A stretch of 63,800 nt of DNA, counting the filler, from Octopus bimaculoides (lineage: Eukaryota), in assembly GCF_001194135.2 (NCBI RefSeq). It is 4 parts of 4 records of this genome, joined end to end, with 100 filler letters (N's around TTAATTAATTAA, not from the genome) between each part and the next. Parts side by side here need not be neighbours in the genome. Positions count along the whole stretch, not along the records: positions 27,388 to 54,365 come from NC_068982.1; positions 54,466 to 60,596 come from NC_068986.1; positions 60,697 to 63,800 come from NC_069005.1; 1 more part is not named here. One strand, written 5' to 3'. This document shows, in pieces, positions 51,828 to 63,737 of the stretch (positions are counted from its first letter, which is position 1; each line of letters starts with the position of its first letter). Both the position numbers and the translations under genes were made by a program. The notes beneath the pieces are model-generated. The model made no database searches and was not told where the DNA came from. It was given only the letters and a program-made list of their open reading frames with translations.

Positions 51828-51990
51828 TGATGATGATGATGATAATCCTTTCTACTAGAGGCACAAGCGTTTTACTGGTACTTAATATGTCGACCCCGAA
51901 AGGATAAAAGCAACGTCGACCTCGGCGGAATTTGAACTCATACCGCTAAGCATTTCATCTAGCGTGCTACCGATTCTGCCAGCTCACTGC
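51170..51990 (-). mobile_element. Three head-to-tail SINE family C copies separated by (ATT)n
   Basis: Copies at ~51170-51305, 51545-51775 and 51845-51990. Confidence 0.85.
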
Positions 51991-52590
51991 CTCGGTGTTG
52001 TCCTTATCATTGTTGCTTTGCCATAGGCTCATCATCAGGCGGGCAGCACTACTAAAAAAATTCAAGGCAATATTTCATTAGCTTACCATTCAGAAAGTCC
52101 CAGAGGCTGCAATTTTCCAATGACTGACGTATACTTTCCCTCCCTTGTACGCTCATTATGTTTCTTTGTAGCTTCAGATAGTCGTTAGTGTTGTTTCTTG
52201 GCCCTAGTTTCAGCAATGTAAAATGCCCTAGTTTCAGCAACGAAAAATGATGAAATGAGTTCCAAAACCTGTTCATCCCGTCAGTTTTATATATATATAT
52301 ATATATATATATNNNNNNNNNNNNNNNNNNNNNNNNNNNNNNNNNNNNNNNNNNNNNNNNNNNNNNNNNNNNNNNNNNNNNNNNNNNNNNNNNNNNNNNN
52401 NNNNNNNNNNNNNNNNNNNNNNNNNNNNNNNNNNNNNNNNNNNNNNNNNNNNNNNNNNNNNNNNNNNNNNNNNNNNNNNNNNNNNNNNNNNNNNNNNNNN
52501 NNNNNNNNNNNNNNNNNNNNNNNNNNNNNNNNNNNNNNNNNNNNNNNNNNNNNNNNNNNNNNNNNNNNNNNNNNNNNNNNNNNNNNNNNN

Positions 52591-52623
<33 letters not shown>

Positions 52624-52794
52624 AATTTTCTAAATGTACAACTATAACACGAATCCTGTCAAAATATTATAACGACTTCTGCACATGTTTTTCTTTCGTA
52701 GAAAGATTTGACCGCATGTATATATACATACATAGATACGTACGTACGTACGTACATACATACATATATATATATATGTGTGTGCGTGTATACC

Positions 52795-54350
52795 TTTTAT
52801 CTCTTATTTGCTTTAGTTATTAGACTGTGACTATGCTGGGGCACCACCTTCAAAAAATTTTTTCGAACGAATCGCCCGCAGTACTTACACGTATTTTAAA
52901 GCCTGATACTTATTCTATAGGACTCTTATGCAAAACTATATAGTTACAGAGACGTAAACATACCAACACTGTTTGTCAAGTAGTGGTGAGTGACAAACAG
53001 AAACACACAGAAACACACACACACACGCACGCACACATACACACACACACACATACATGTATGTATATATATATATATTTATATACAGGAGTTGGATAAA
53101 ATAATTTCAAACAAATTTATTTTAATATGGGGTAGGACTTTACGAGGTATGGACTCGTAAAAGTCTGAATTGTTTCCAAAGGAATTTTTGTCCATTCTTT
53201 AGCTAAAATGTTGTGGGTGATGATGGTGGAGGATATCGACTCCTTAATTGTTTTTCTAAAATGCACCATAAATGTTCAATAATATTGAGGTCTGGGGACT
53301 GTGGTGGCCAGATAAGATGTTCAGCTTCACTAGAATGTTCCTCGTGCCATTCACTAACAACTTTAGCTGTGTGAATTGATGCATTATCATCCTGAAAGAT
53401 TGCGTTTCCCTCTCGAAACAGTTCTGCAACCATAGGACGAATCTGATCCGATAAAATGCTTAAATTGTCTTGACTGTTAATTTTGCCGTGAAGGGAAACC
53501 ATTGAACCGGCGGATTTCCAAGATACAGCCCCCCACCAGATCATTACAGATTCTCCTCTATGTTTAACAGTTGGAAGAAAGCAGTCTGGGTAAAATGCTT
53601 CTTTTGGCTGTCTCCACACGTATACTCGGCCGGTGGTAGGAAATGAGGTAAAGGATGTCTCGTCCGAGAAAATAACATTCTTCCACTGCTCTAGGGACCA
53701 AGGTTTTTACTCCATTCTAAACGCTTTGCAACGTTTGTTTTTGAAAGTAGTGGTTTTCTGATTGCAGTCCTCCCGTGAAATTCGGCTTTGTGCAACTACC
53801 AGCGAACGATTTTTGTGGAAACTGGGTTCTCGATGTGGTCATTAAGCTCTGCAGTAATTTTGGGAGCTACAATTTTGTGATCCCTTCTAACAATTCGCGT
53901 AAGAGTCTGACGGTCCCTATCTGAAAGTTTTGATTTTCTTCCGGAATTTTGTTTCGACGAGGAAGTTTTCCCTCTTTCTCAAAGGCTGTCATTACTTTCG
54001 AGACAGTACTTCTTGATACACCAAACATTTCGGCTGTTTTCGTTACGCTAGCGTCTGCTATACGAGCACCAACAATTTGAAAGTCCGATAGATCTGTCAT
54101 TTTAATGAATTTTAATTACCTTTTTCTGATGATATCTGAAAAGAAACAGCAATTTTAGCAAAACATATTAAGCAACACTATTAATAAACCAAAAAACATA
54201 AAAATAAACAAGCTTTTGACGGTTTTATAGATATTTCAAAATTATGATGCTATGATGCTAGGTGTTTCCCTTATTTTGTCCAACCCCTGTATATATGCGG
54301 CGGGTTTCTTTCAATTTCAGTCTACCAGACCCACTCATTAGGCTATGAGA
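52795..54350 (-). mobile_element. SINE family A split by the Tc1 insertion
   Basis: 3' half at 52795-53030; GCGGCGGGTTTCTTTCAATTTCAGTCTACCA resumes at ~54297. Confidence 0.75.
53086..54289 (-). mobile_element. Full-length Tc1/mariner transposon (1204 bp), DD36E spacing, inactivated transposase
   Basis: TIRs CAGG(A/G)GTTGGA(T/C)AAAATAA, TA on both sides; HTH N-terminus (MTDLSDFQ..VSRSTVSKV); VIFSDETSF, FQDDNASIH, SPDLNIIEHLW with 36 residues between the second D and E; frameshifts present. Confidence 0.93.
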
Positions 54351-54365
54351 CGCTGTAAACTATAG

Positions 54366-54465
54366 NNNNNNNNNNNNNNNNNNNNNNNNNNNNNNNNNNN
54401 NNNNNNNNNTTAATTAATTAANNNNNNNNNNNNNNNNNNNNNNNNNNNNNNNNNNNNNNNNNNNN
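54366..54465. other. Artificial scaffold-join linker
   Basis: 44 N + TTAATTAATTAA + 44 N. Confidence 0.95.
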
Positions 54466-54466
54466 T

Positions 54467-55005
54467 ATAATAAATCTCTGAGCGAGGTATAAACAGTAAC
54501 CGCACGACATCGTGAAGTATATTTTCCACCTAAATGTGGCTAACCCTTAAGGGTTGATGCTACTGTAGCTTGTAACCTCAAGAAGACATCTCAGGCTGGA
54601 GATTGCAACGATGAATTCCCTTTGCAGATACTGATAGGGCACTGACAGTATGTCAATAGCCAGCTGGAGGAGATGTCTTCCTGGTGCTACAAGCTACATT
54701 AGCATCAACCCATAAGGGTTATCTACATTTAGGTAGCAAACGTACTTCACGATGTCGTGCGGCTACTGTCTATACCTCACTCAGAGATTTATTATTGCTT
54801 GTTTCCACTTCTTCGAGATCGGTGACTTTTCGTCACTGGAAGAAGTATATATATTTGCATTGATAATCACTTCCCATAGCCAACCAGTGGTTGTCACACG
54901 CTGATGACGGATCAATACCCAGAAACTAGGGTCCGTGTGTATCACGTCAGGCTGGAAATGGGAACGATGACTTCCCTTTGCAAATACTGATAAGACACTG
55001 ATAGT
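54467..55005. mobile_element. PLE-like compound insertion: foldback 54467-54796 plus hammerhead plus direct repeat of the loop segment
   Basis: Arms 54467-54592 and 54670-54796; loop segment CAGGCTGGA..AACGATGA.TTCCCTTTGCA.ATACTGATA recurs at ~54948-55003. Confidence 0.7.
54895..54939 (+). ncRNA. Near-canonical minimal type-I hammerhead motif (family H3), stem II damaged
   Basis: CACACG-CUGAUGA-C-GGAU(CAAU)ACCC-A-GAAA-C(UAGG)GUC|CGUGUG: perfect 6-bp stem I and intact core; stem II has one mismatch and an extra A. Confidence 0.6.
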
Positions 55006-55471
55006 GCGAGTTCTAGGCAAAATGTTATAGTTCATGACCATCCTTGGGACATAATGTATATGTAAAGTTTGGAGAAAATCAGTTGAGAATTGTGGAAATG
55101 TATGCGTTAGTCATTATATACACACATACTGCGATTTGTATATACTATATATATATATGTGTGTGTGTGTTTGTGTGTGTATGTGAGTGTGAGTGTGTAT
55201 ATGTATGCAGAGATAGAGAGAGAGTGAGAGAAGGATATAGATACAAAGAGAGACTCATAGAGGGAGGGTTTATGCATGGCATTTTAAATTGAAAACAAAT
55301 TCACATAGGCGTATTTAACAAATTATTATTAAATATTTATTACCAAATATTAAATTACTTAATAATATATTATTTATCAATTTTTAAAATTAGTTAAGTT
55401 TATTGCACGATAAGATCCTGTTTCAATAATGTAATTCACGTACCTGTACATACACACACACACACACCCAA

Positions 55472-55504
<33 letters not shown>

Positions 55505-55569
55505 CACACACANNNNNNNNNNNNNNNNNNNNNNNNNNNNNNNNNNNNNNNNNNNNNNNNNNNNNNNNN

Positions 55570-55640
<71 letters not shown>

Positions 55641-56233
55641 AATATTATATATCTGTTTATAGAGAGGACGCCTAAAGTCACGTACAAATACATGCATATA
55701 TATATATAATGTGTGTGTGTGTGTGTCTGCGTATGTGTGTGCGCGTGTGTCTGTGTATATATGTATTCATGTATGCAAATATGTAAATCAACACATACAA
55801 ACAGATCAATGACCGTAAAATATGCTTACGTAATTCCAAATTTTTATAACCAAACACTATTTTAGTTGTATTATTTCAGCATATTTTAATTTTCAGGATC
55901 TTTTATTTCATTTAGTATCACAAGGAGGCATAATGGTATACTCTCTCCCTTCCGTTACTTTTCTCAAGGTTTTAGGGCGTTGTTCGAATCCCAAACCAAG
56001 CGTTGCGTTGTGTTCTTAACCAAAACACTTCATTTCTCAAACGGAAACACACAGACACACACACAGACACACACACAGACACACACACAGACACACTCAT
56101 AGACACACACACACACACAGAGACACACACACACAGACACACATACATACACACACAAACACACATACACACACACACACAAACAAGCACAGTTACGCAT
56201 GCATACTAACACATCATACACACTATGGTGAAA

Positions 56234-56869
56234 CGCTTTTTCACGAATTTCAATTTCGTGGTGGGGATAGTGCGAAGAAGTTGTAAATGGACAGCAAAAT
56301 AACTGGTGTAACATCTCAGCAACAATATATTATGTCTTCACAAATGCATCGAAAACTGGAAAAAGTGGGGAAAAAAAATGCCTACTTATTTATTAGATAT
56401 AAAAAACGGTTTGCATTGTATCTTCTTCGGGTAGCTTTTAAATGACTGTGATGAAATTACTTTGAAATACGATTTCAACATGTTTTTTTCGGTGTCTATA
56501 TTTTCTGCCTCCACGAATCCCTCAAAATATTAAAAAATATCGTAAATATTGTAATTTATCGAATCCAGAAAATTTTTCATGTAGATGTAAATTACAGTAC
56601 ACACGTGTCCCTCCTTGTGGAGACAGAAGATGAAGTCACGTCGTATTTTAGAGTAATTTCATCAGTCATTTAAAAGCTACTCGAAGATACAATGAAAACT
56701 GTATTCTATAGCTAATTTTTAAGTAGAGGCGTTTTTTTTTTCTCCACTTTTTCCATTTTTCGATGCATGTGTGTCGCCGAATTCTAAGATTTTATACCAC
56801 TTATTTTGGTATCCATTTACAACTTTTCCGCGCTATCCACATCACGAAATTGGAGATCGTGAAAAAACG
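56234..56869. repeat. Diverged foldback, arms ~235 bp
   Basis: CGCTTTTTCACGA...GGATAG.GCG.A.AAGTTGTAAATGGA...ATGCATCGAAAA.TGGAAAAAGTGG...GTAGCTTTTAAATGACTG is mirrored by the reverse complement of ~56640-56869. Confidence 0.85.
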
Positions 56870-58173
56870 CCCCATCTTAATACACGTGCACGCACGCATA
56901 CTTTACGATTTTTTCGAAAGGGAATTTCGTAATCATTCACTACTTTGTGAAAAGTAGCCTAGAGGTTAACCCCAAAATATCGCAGCAATATCGCCACTTT
57001 GTAAGGTATATACCATGTTCTTCATACAAAACATTTATCAGTTAGTGGATTTTTGCTCCCTTCTCTCAACACACAATAATATCAAAATTAAGAATACATC
57101 TTTTTCCATGAAATTCAACTTTAAAATGTTTTATACTAATTAATTTCTAAAGCCTTGAATCGAAACAGCTGTCAGAGATGATGTCCAATTTTGTAATTAA
57201 TAAATAATTATTAATTTAATTATCTCTATTTTCTTATTTTCTTATNNNNNNNNNNNNNNNNNNNNNNNNNNNNNNNNNNNNNNNNNNNNNNNNNNNNNNN
57301 NNNNNNNNNNNNNNNNNNNNNNNNNNNNNNNNNNNNNNNNNNNNNNNNNNNNNNNNNNNNNNNNNNNNNNNNNNNNNNNNNNNNNNNNNNNNNNNNNNNN
57401 NNNNNNNNNNNNNNNNNNNNNNNNNNNNNNNNNNNNNNNNNNNNNNNNNNNNNNNNNNNNNNNNNNNNNNNNNNNNNNNNNNNNNNNNNNNNNNNNNNNN
57501 NNNNNNNNNNNNNNNNNNNNNNNNNNNNNNNNNNNNNNNNNNNNNNNNNNNNNNNNNNNNNNNNNNNNNNNNNNNNNNNNNNNNNNNNNNNNNNNNNNNN
57601 NNNNNNNNNNNNNNNNNNNNNNNNNNNNNNNNNNNNNNNNNNNNNNNNNNNNNNNNNNNNNNNNNNNNNNNNNNNNNNNNNNNNNNNNNNNNNNNNNNNN
57701 NNNNNNNNNNNNNNNNNNNNNNNNNNNNNNNNNNNNNNNNNNNNNNNNNNNNNNNNNNNNNNNNNNNNNNNNNNNNNNNNNNNNNNNNNNNNNNNNNNNN
57801 NNNNNNNNNNNNNNNNNNNNNNNNNNNNNNNNNNNNNNNNNNNNNNNNNNNNNNNNNNNNNNNNNNNNNNNNNNNNNNNNNNNNNNNNNNNNNNNNNNNN
57901 NNNNNNNNNNNNNNNNNNNNNNNNNNNNNNNNNNNNNNNNNNNNNNNNNNNNNNNNNNNNNNNNNNNNNNNNNNNNNNNNNNNNNNNNNNNNNNNNNNNN
58001 NNNNNNNNNNNNNNNNNNNNNNNNNNNNNNNNNNNNNNNNNNNNNNNNNNNNNNNNNNNNNNNNNNNNNNNNNNNNNNNNNNNNNNNNNNNNNNNNNNNN
58101 NNNNNNNNNNNNNNNNNNNNNNNNNNNNNNNNNNNNNNNNNNNNNNNNNNNNNNNNNNNNNNNNNNNNNNNNN

Positions 58174-58213
<40 letters not shown>

Positions 58214-58408
58214 TTATTTATTTAACGAGATAACTGACCATGAAATGGATAAGAGAAGGGAATGAGATTGTGTAGCTTACATATTTCCTCCAAAGGTTTC
58301 AGTAATGTAAATTAAATGAAATAGTATCAGAACGAGATCATATTTACTCAACATGATAAGTAAGTCTGCGATAGATTCAGATACAATACTTGTTGCCCTG
58401 ACAACAGT

Positions 58409-58457
58409 CTTTCTAAGGTACACATTAGACCCATGGTCTAATGTGTACCTTAGAAAG
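58409..58457. repeat. Perfect 23-bp palindrome with 3-nt spacer
   Basis: CTTTCTAAGGTACACATTAGACC-CAT-GGTCTAATGTGTACCTTAGAAAG. Confidence 0.95.
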
Positions 58458-59214
58458 TTAAAAACTAGGGAATTTTGACATTTATGATTTTATAAAGGGG
58501 ATCTTTAACTTATAACACTGTGTGACATTTTTTTCAGTCTTTGGTCAGTAAATGTTATTTCTTATTTGCTTCTATCTAGAGATCTAGAAAGAAAGTGATT
58601 ACTATTCCCTTCGAACTTTGCTTTTGGGACCTAGACATCAATGTTTTGAAATTGATCTGTTTTCCATTACATTTCAGACAGATTCGGCGCTCAGTTAATG
58701 AAGCAGAAATATCGTTAGAGCAAATATTCTGCTCAATACCACACCTGTCACTTACTTGACCTTAACCATTTGAGCATGTCTCTTAGTGGCTGACAATATG
58801 TGCATCTCTGATCACGAGCAGGAATAGTGAGGGTAACCGTGTGTCGTAGCCATGTGTCGAGAGGGATTCTTTGGTGTTAGAATAAATGTAACAAAAGCAA
58901 AGTTTGAAGGAAATAGCCATTTTTCATACTTTCTAGCGGTAAGCAAATAAGAAATAACAGTTGTTACCCAAGGGCAAAATCGTTTCTACACAGTTCAGAC
59001 TTGGATATTAATGGCTTAGCTAGAAAGACCTCATTTGGAACAGCAGATACAGCTCACCAAGATCTTAGCATGATTGTGGCTTTATTTTCATTGATATTTA
59101 TCCTCACTACTATAATTGTTTTTAAGAAAATTCTGAGCAGTCTTTTCAGGCAAAGCTCCAAAACATACACCTTGCTTAGTCAAGTAACTCATAGATAAAC
59201 TTCTTCCTTTATGT

Positions 59215-59544
59215 TTTACTTGTTTCAGTCATTAGACTGAGGTCCTGTTTTGGTCATCACCTTGAAGAAATTTTGGTCGAATGAATCGACACCAGTACTT
59301 ATTTTTTAAAGCATGGTACTTATTTTATAGGCCTCTTTTCCTGAACCACTTAGTTACAGGGACGTAAACAGACCAACACCGCTTGTCAAGCGGTGGAAGG
59401 GGGGAAACACAGACAAAGACACACATGCACACACAAGCACGTGCGCACACATAAACACATACATACACAGAGACATAGATACAGAGACATAGACACAGAC
59501 ACACACAGACACACACACACGCGTGCACACGCACACACACACAA

Positions 59545-59575
<31 letters not shown>

Positions 59576-59775
59576 CACACACACACACACATACACACAC
59601 ACACACACACACATTACAGGCTTCTTGTCTTTCAGGCTCCGTCTACGAAACCCACTCACAAGGCTTTTGTTGGTCTGAGGCTTCAGTTGAAGACATTTGC
59701 CAAGAGTATTACGCATCGGGACTGAACCCAGAACCATGTGGTTGGGAAGCAGGCTTCTTACCACACAGTCATGCT
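59215..59775 (-). mobile_element. SINE family A, full-length with expanded CA tract
   Basis: Family match. Confidence 0.85.
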
Positions 59776-60087
59776 TGGAAAAGTTCCGAAACACAGACCT
59801 TGCTTCGTCAAACAATTCATAGAAAAACTTCTCTCTTCTTGATTATTAAACTTACGAACATTCACTATCAAGATTTCCATTAGAAACTCGAAGTCACATC
59901 TAACGTTACCTCTAAGGGTAAGAAGTAGGTTGACGATGTTTGCAACTTCCCTTAGTTTTTGCTTCATGAAAATAACTTTCCTTCCTTCTGCAGAAACAAA
60001 CAAGAATATGTCTTTCTAAATAGGTTCTTTAATAAATGTATTTATAATCTTGTTACAATCTAGTATTGAATCTTGCATGTCTCTTTC

Positions 60088-60204
<117 letters not shown>

Positions 60205-60297
60205 GTAGAGGGTTGATTGTTATGGCCGTTCACAGAGTGACCGTAGGTTTGGCACCAATAAAGCACTTAGCTGTGTAGGCGACTCTACAATTAGAGG

Positions 60298-60336
<39 letters not shown>

Positions 60337-60596
60337 AACTAATGTTATATTGCCTGAAGAAATGAATCAATGATGAACATCCAGATGCTCACAGATACTA
60401 CGGACTACACTGTAATCATCCCAGGAATACGGACTGTGATCTTAAGAGTCATGTGATATGTGGAAACGCGCGTAGCGATGCATCAAATGTTTACAAATTC
60501 CATCCAAGGATTCTTCTTCTTCTTCTTCTTCTTCTTCTTCTTCTTCTTCTTCTTCTTCTTCTTCTTCTTCTTCTTCTTCTTCTTCTTCTTCTTCTT

Positions 60597-60696
60597 NNNN
60601 NNNNNNNNNNNNNNNNNNNNNNNNNNNNNNNNNNNNNNNNTTAATTAATTAANNNNNNNNNNNNNNNNNNNNNNNNNNNNNNNNNNNNNNNNNNNN
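60597..60696. other. Artificial scaffold-join linker
   Basis: 44 N + TTAATTAATTAA + 44 N. Confidence 0.95.
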
Positions 60697-60878
60697 TAAA
60701 AGCACCCACTACACTCTCTGAGTGGTTGGCGTTAGGAAGGGCATCCAGCTGTAGAAACTCTGCCAAATCAGACTGGAGCCTGGTGTTGCCATCCGGTTTC
60801 ACCAGTCCTCAGTCAAATCGTCCAACCCATGCTAGCATGGAAAGTGGACGTTAAACGATGATGATGATGATGATGATT
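60697..60878 (+). mobile_element. RTE LINE 3' UTR end, young copy
   Basis: Family match with (GAT)n tail. Confidence 0.85.
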
Positions 60879-61289
60879 ATCATTATTTAGTTTAAAGCAC
60901 GTTGACACCACATCTTCCATTTGCATTTTCATACTACCATTTGCATTTGCTATCAAAACTCTTAACCACACCTTGATACCTGGTTCATATTATCCCCATC
61001 CTCTCCCCCAAATTCTTAGCCTTTTCAATCTGCTATACTTCATTAATTTTACTTAGATTTTCTATGCAAACAAAGCTGTCCTATTTTCTTCCAATACTAC
61101 TCACTCACACATTCTTTCTTCCCCTCCCCACTCTCTCACTTTACATATCCTCCTCTTCCTTCCTCCCTTTCTTTCTCTCCCTTCCCTCTATTTTTCTCTT
61201 GTCTTTCTCTTTCTCTCCCCTCCACATACCTACCTATCCCCCTAACTTAGCAGCTTTAAAGCATACATATATTATTCTTTTATTCTCTT

Positions 61290-61442
61290 ACTTGTTTCAA
61301 TCATTTCATTGCAGCCATGCTTGGGCACTGCCTTTTAGTTGAACAAATCGACCCCAGGACTTATTCTTTGTAGGCCTAGTACTTATTCTATCGGTCCCTT
61401 TTGGTGAATCGCTATGTTACGGGGACATAAATACACCAACAC
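61290..61442 (-). mobile_element. SINE family A, 3' half
   Basis: Family match. Confidence 0.8.
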
Positions 61443-61544
61443 ACATATACATACATATATATATATATATATAAAAACAAATAGTAAATGAGTATATGCA
61501 TATATACGTACAGGTATGTGCATACCGACATCCACCTGTATGTA

Positions 61545-61745
61545 TAGGTGCATATCTGGGTACAGGACATTGCAAACAAAACGTAGACGAGAAAACACAC
61601 AAGCCACATAGAGAACATTCTTCTTCATCAGCTACCCCCGTTTTAACACCAGCGTTTCGAAGAGCTGGGCAGGACGCATTGCTAAAACGGCTCTTCCCAT
61701 GGACCGCAAATTAAATTTGTATGCACAAATTAAACCTTGCCATGG
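61545..61745 (-). mobile_element. Dispersed family P copy
   Basis: GCATATCTGGGTACAGGAC...GCCACATAGAGAACATT..TTCATCAGCT...GCGTTTCGAAGAG. Confidence 0.6.
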
Positions 61746-62334
61746 AGGAATNNNNNNNNNNNNNNNNNNNNNNNNNNNNNNNNNNNNNNNNNNNNNNNNN
61801 NNNNNNNNNNNNNNNNNNNNNNNNNNNNNNNNNNNNNNNNNNNNNNNNNNNNNNNNNNNNNNNNNNNNNNNNNNNNNNNNNNNNNNNNNNNNNNNNNNNN
61901 NNNNNNNNNNNNNNNNNNNNNNNNNNNNNNNNNNNNNNNNNNNNNNNNNNNNNNNNNNNNNNNNNNNNNNNNNNNNNNNNNNNNNNNNNNNNNNNNNNNN
62001 NNNNNNNNNNNNNNNNNNNNNNNNNNNNNNNNNNNNNNNNNNNNNNNNNNNNNNNNNNNNNNNNNNNNNNNNNNNNNNNNNNNNNNNNNNNNNNNNNNNN
62101 NNNNNNNNNNNNNNNNNNNNNNNNNNNNNNNNNNNNNNNNNNNNNNNNNNNNNNNNNNNNNNNNNNNNNNNNNNNNNNNNNNNNNNNNNNNNNNNNNNNN
62201 NNNNNNNNNNNNNNNNNNNNNNNNNNNNNNNNNNNNNNNNNNNNNNNNNNNNNNNNGAAGAATGAGAGGAGGACAAATTGAGGAGAAAGAGATAGAGTAG
62301 CGTCGGAAAATATAAAGTTACGAAAACTACTTAC

Positions 62335-62372
<38 letters not shown>

Positions 62373-62850
62373 ATCAGCAACAAGGATATCCAGAGGTAAA
62401 GCAGCATGATCGTTTCATGCAGCTCCATTTAATTGAACAATGCAATCATTACATCAATTTAAAATGCAGCCATAGAAACCAAACCAAAACAGGCTCTGGA
62501 ACCTGGTTTGGCCTCTGGCCCTACCAGTTCCTTTTAAGCCGTCCAACTCATGTCAGCATGGAAAAGATATTTTTGATGATGATGATGATAGCTGAGACCA
62601 TCTTTTTACTTTATTCCTAGGCATAGTGCTTCCTGAAAATGTGTCCTTCTTCCTTTTTCAATATGGTTGGGTGTGTTGTAAGTGATATTTGGCTGCTATT
62701 TGTAGCACATTGAATGACTGTATAGATGTTTTCTTGTTGTTTCACTAAATCATTATTCCTTGACCTTGCCAGAGAGTATACTGTACATATAACACACCCT
62801 CTCTCTCTATATTTTCATAGACACATTAATTGTGTGCATTCTATCAACAG

Positions 62851-62946
62851 GTATCTTACTAACACTGAATGGAGGACTGAATTTGGAGGTTTCAAGGAGA
62901 AACAAAATGCTGATAAATTCCGTAGACTTCCTTTTCACTGTTGCAG
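62851..62946 (+). CDS. PPIL2: Internal coding exon (probably the second) of peptidyl-prolyl isomerase-like 2 / cyclophilin-60, U-box E3 ligase
   Basis: Acceptor ATTCTATCAACAG, donor GTAAAC; encodes YLTNTEWRTEFGGFKEKQNADKFRRLPFHCC(S), matching the PPIL2/CYP60 N-terminal motif Y(I/L)TxxEW...GG.K.....F(R/K)xLP(F/Y)xxC just before the U-box. Confidence 0.9.
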
Positions 62947-63048
62947 GTAAACTCTAATGTCTCCTCTCTCTCTCTCTCTCACTTTCTCTCTCTCTCTCAC
63001 TTTCTCTCTCTCTCTCACTTTCTCTCTCTCTCTCACTNNNNNNNNNNN

Positions 63049-63101
<53 letters not shown>

Positions 63102-63103
63102 AG

Positions 63104-63139
<36 letters not shown>

Positions 63140-63497
63140 GATAGATATATATATATAAGATACAGTAGGGTATATAATACCACTTGCTAAAATCAGAGCC
63201 ATTGCTTCAAAAACCATACAAATTATGATAAAGATGCACACGAGCAATGCAATGAAGATTTCAGAAATAGGCTTAGTTTTGCTTTGAATACATCAGTAAG
63301 AAATGTATATTTCAATACCAACTGATTTCATGCTTTGCATGACAAACATGCTCTGTGATCTTCAGTTGAAAATAACATTTTAAATATCTATTTCTAAAAT
63401 ATTCACTATGTTAGCTTGTGTGTGTTCCTTACTTTAAACGTCCCTCGTAAACAAGAAAGATTTGAATAAAGATGTATTATTACCATTATTTATAGTA

Positions 63498-63737
63498 TTG
63501 GGTTGGTACATAACTATTGCAAATTTTATTCAACAAAAACTATAACAATATTTAACAAAAACATCTTTAAATTACAGTCTGACCGTCTGCCAAGCAAATG
63601 GGAAGCAGTAATTGAAGTAGATGGTGAATATGCTCCGGAATTATCATTTAAAGATGTTTTTGTTACATGTTTTTATTGTTTTTGTTGAATAAAATTTGTT
63701 GTAAAAAAAAAGCCACAATAATTATGCATCAACCCAA
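63498..63737. mobile_element. Mariner-derived MITE (240 bp) with extended inverted arms
   Basis: TIRs TTGGGTTG(G/A)T(A/G)CATAA.TATTG with TA flanks; core encodes DRLPSKWEAVIEVDGEY (mariner C-terminus). Confidence 0.85.

Noticed and set aside
57161-57178. GAAAC-AGCT-GTC half hammerhead with palindromic stem III
   Set aside because: No CUGANGA or stem II upstream; at most a deleted relic.
60441-60482. CTTAAGA...GAAACGCGCGTA hammerhead-like string
   Set aside because: Core G5 is mutated and stems I and II do not pair.
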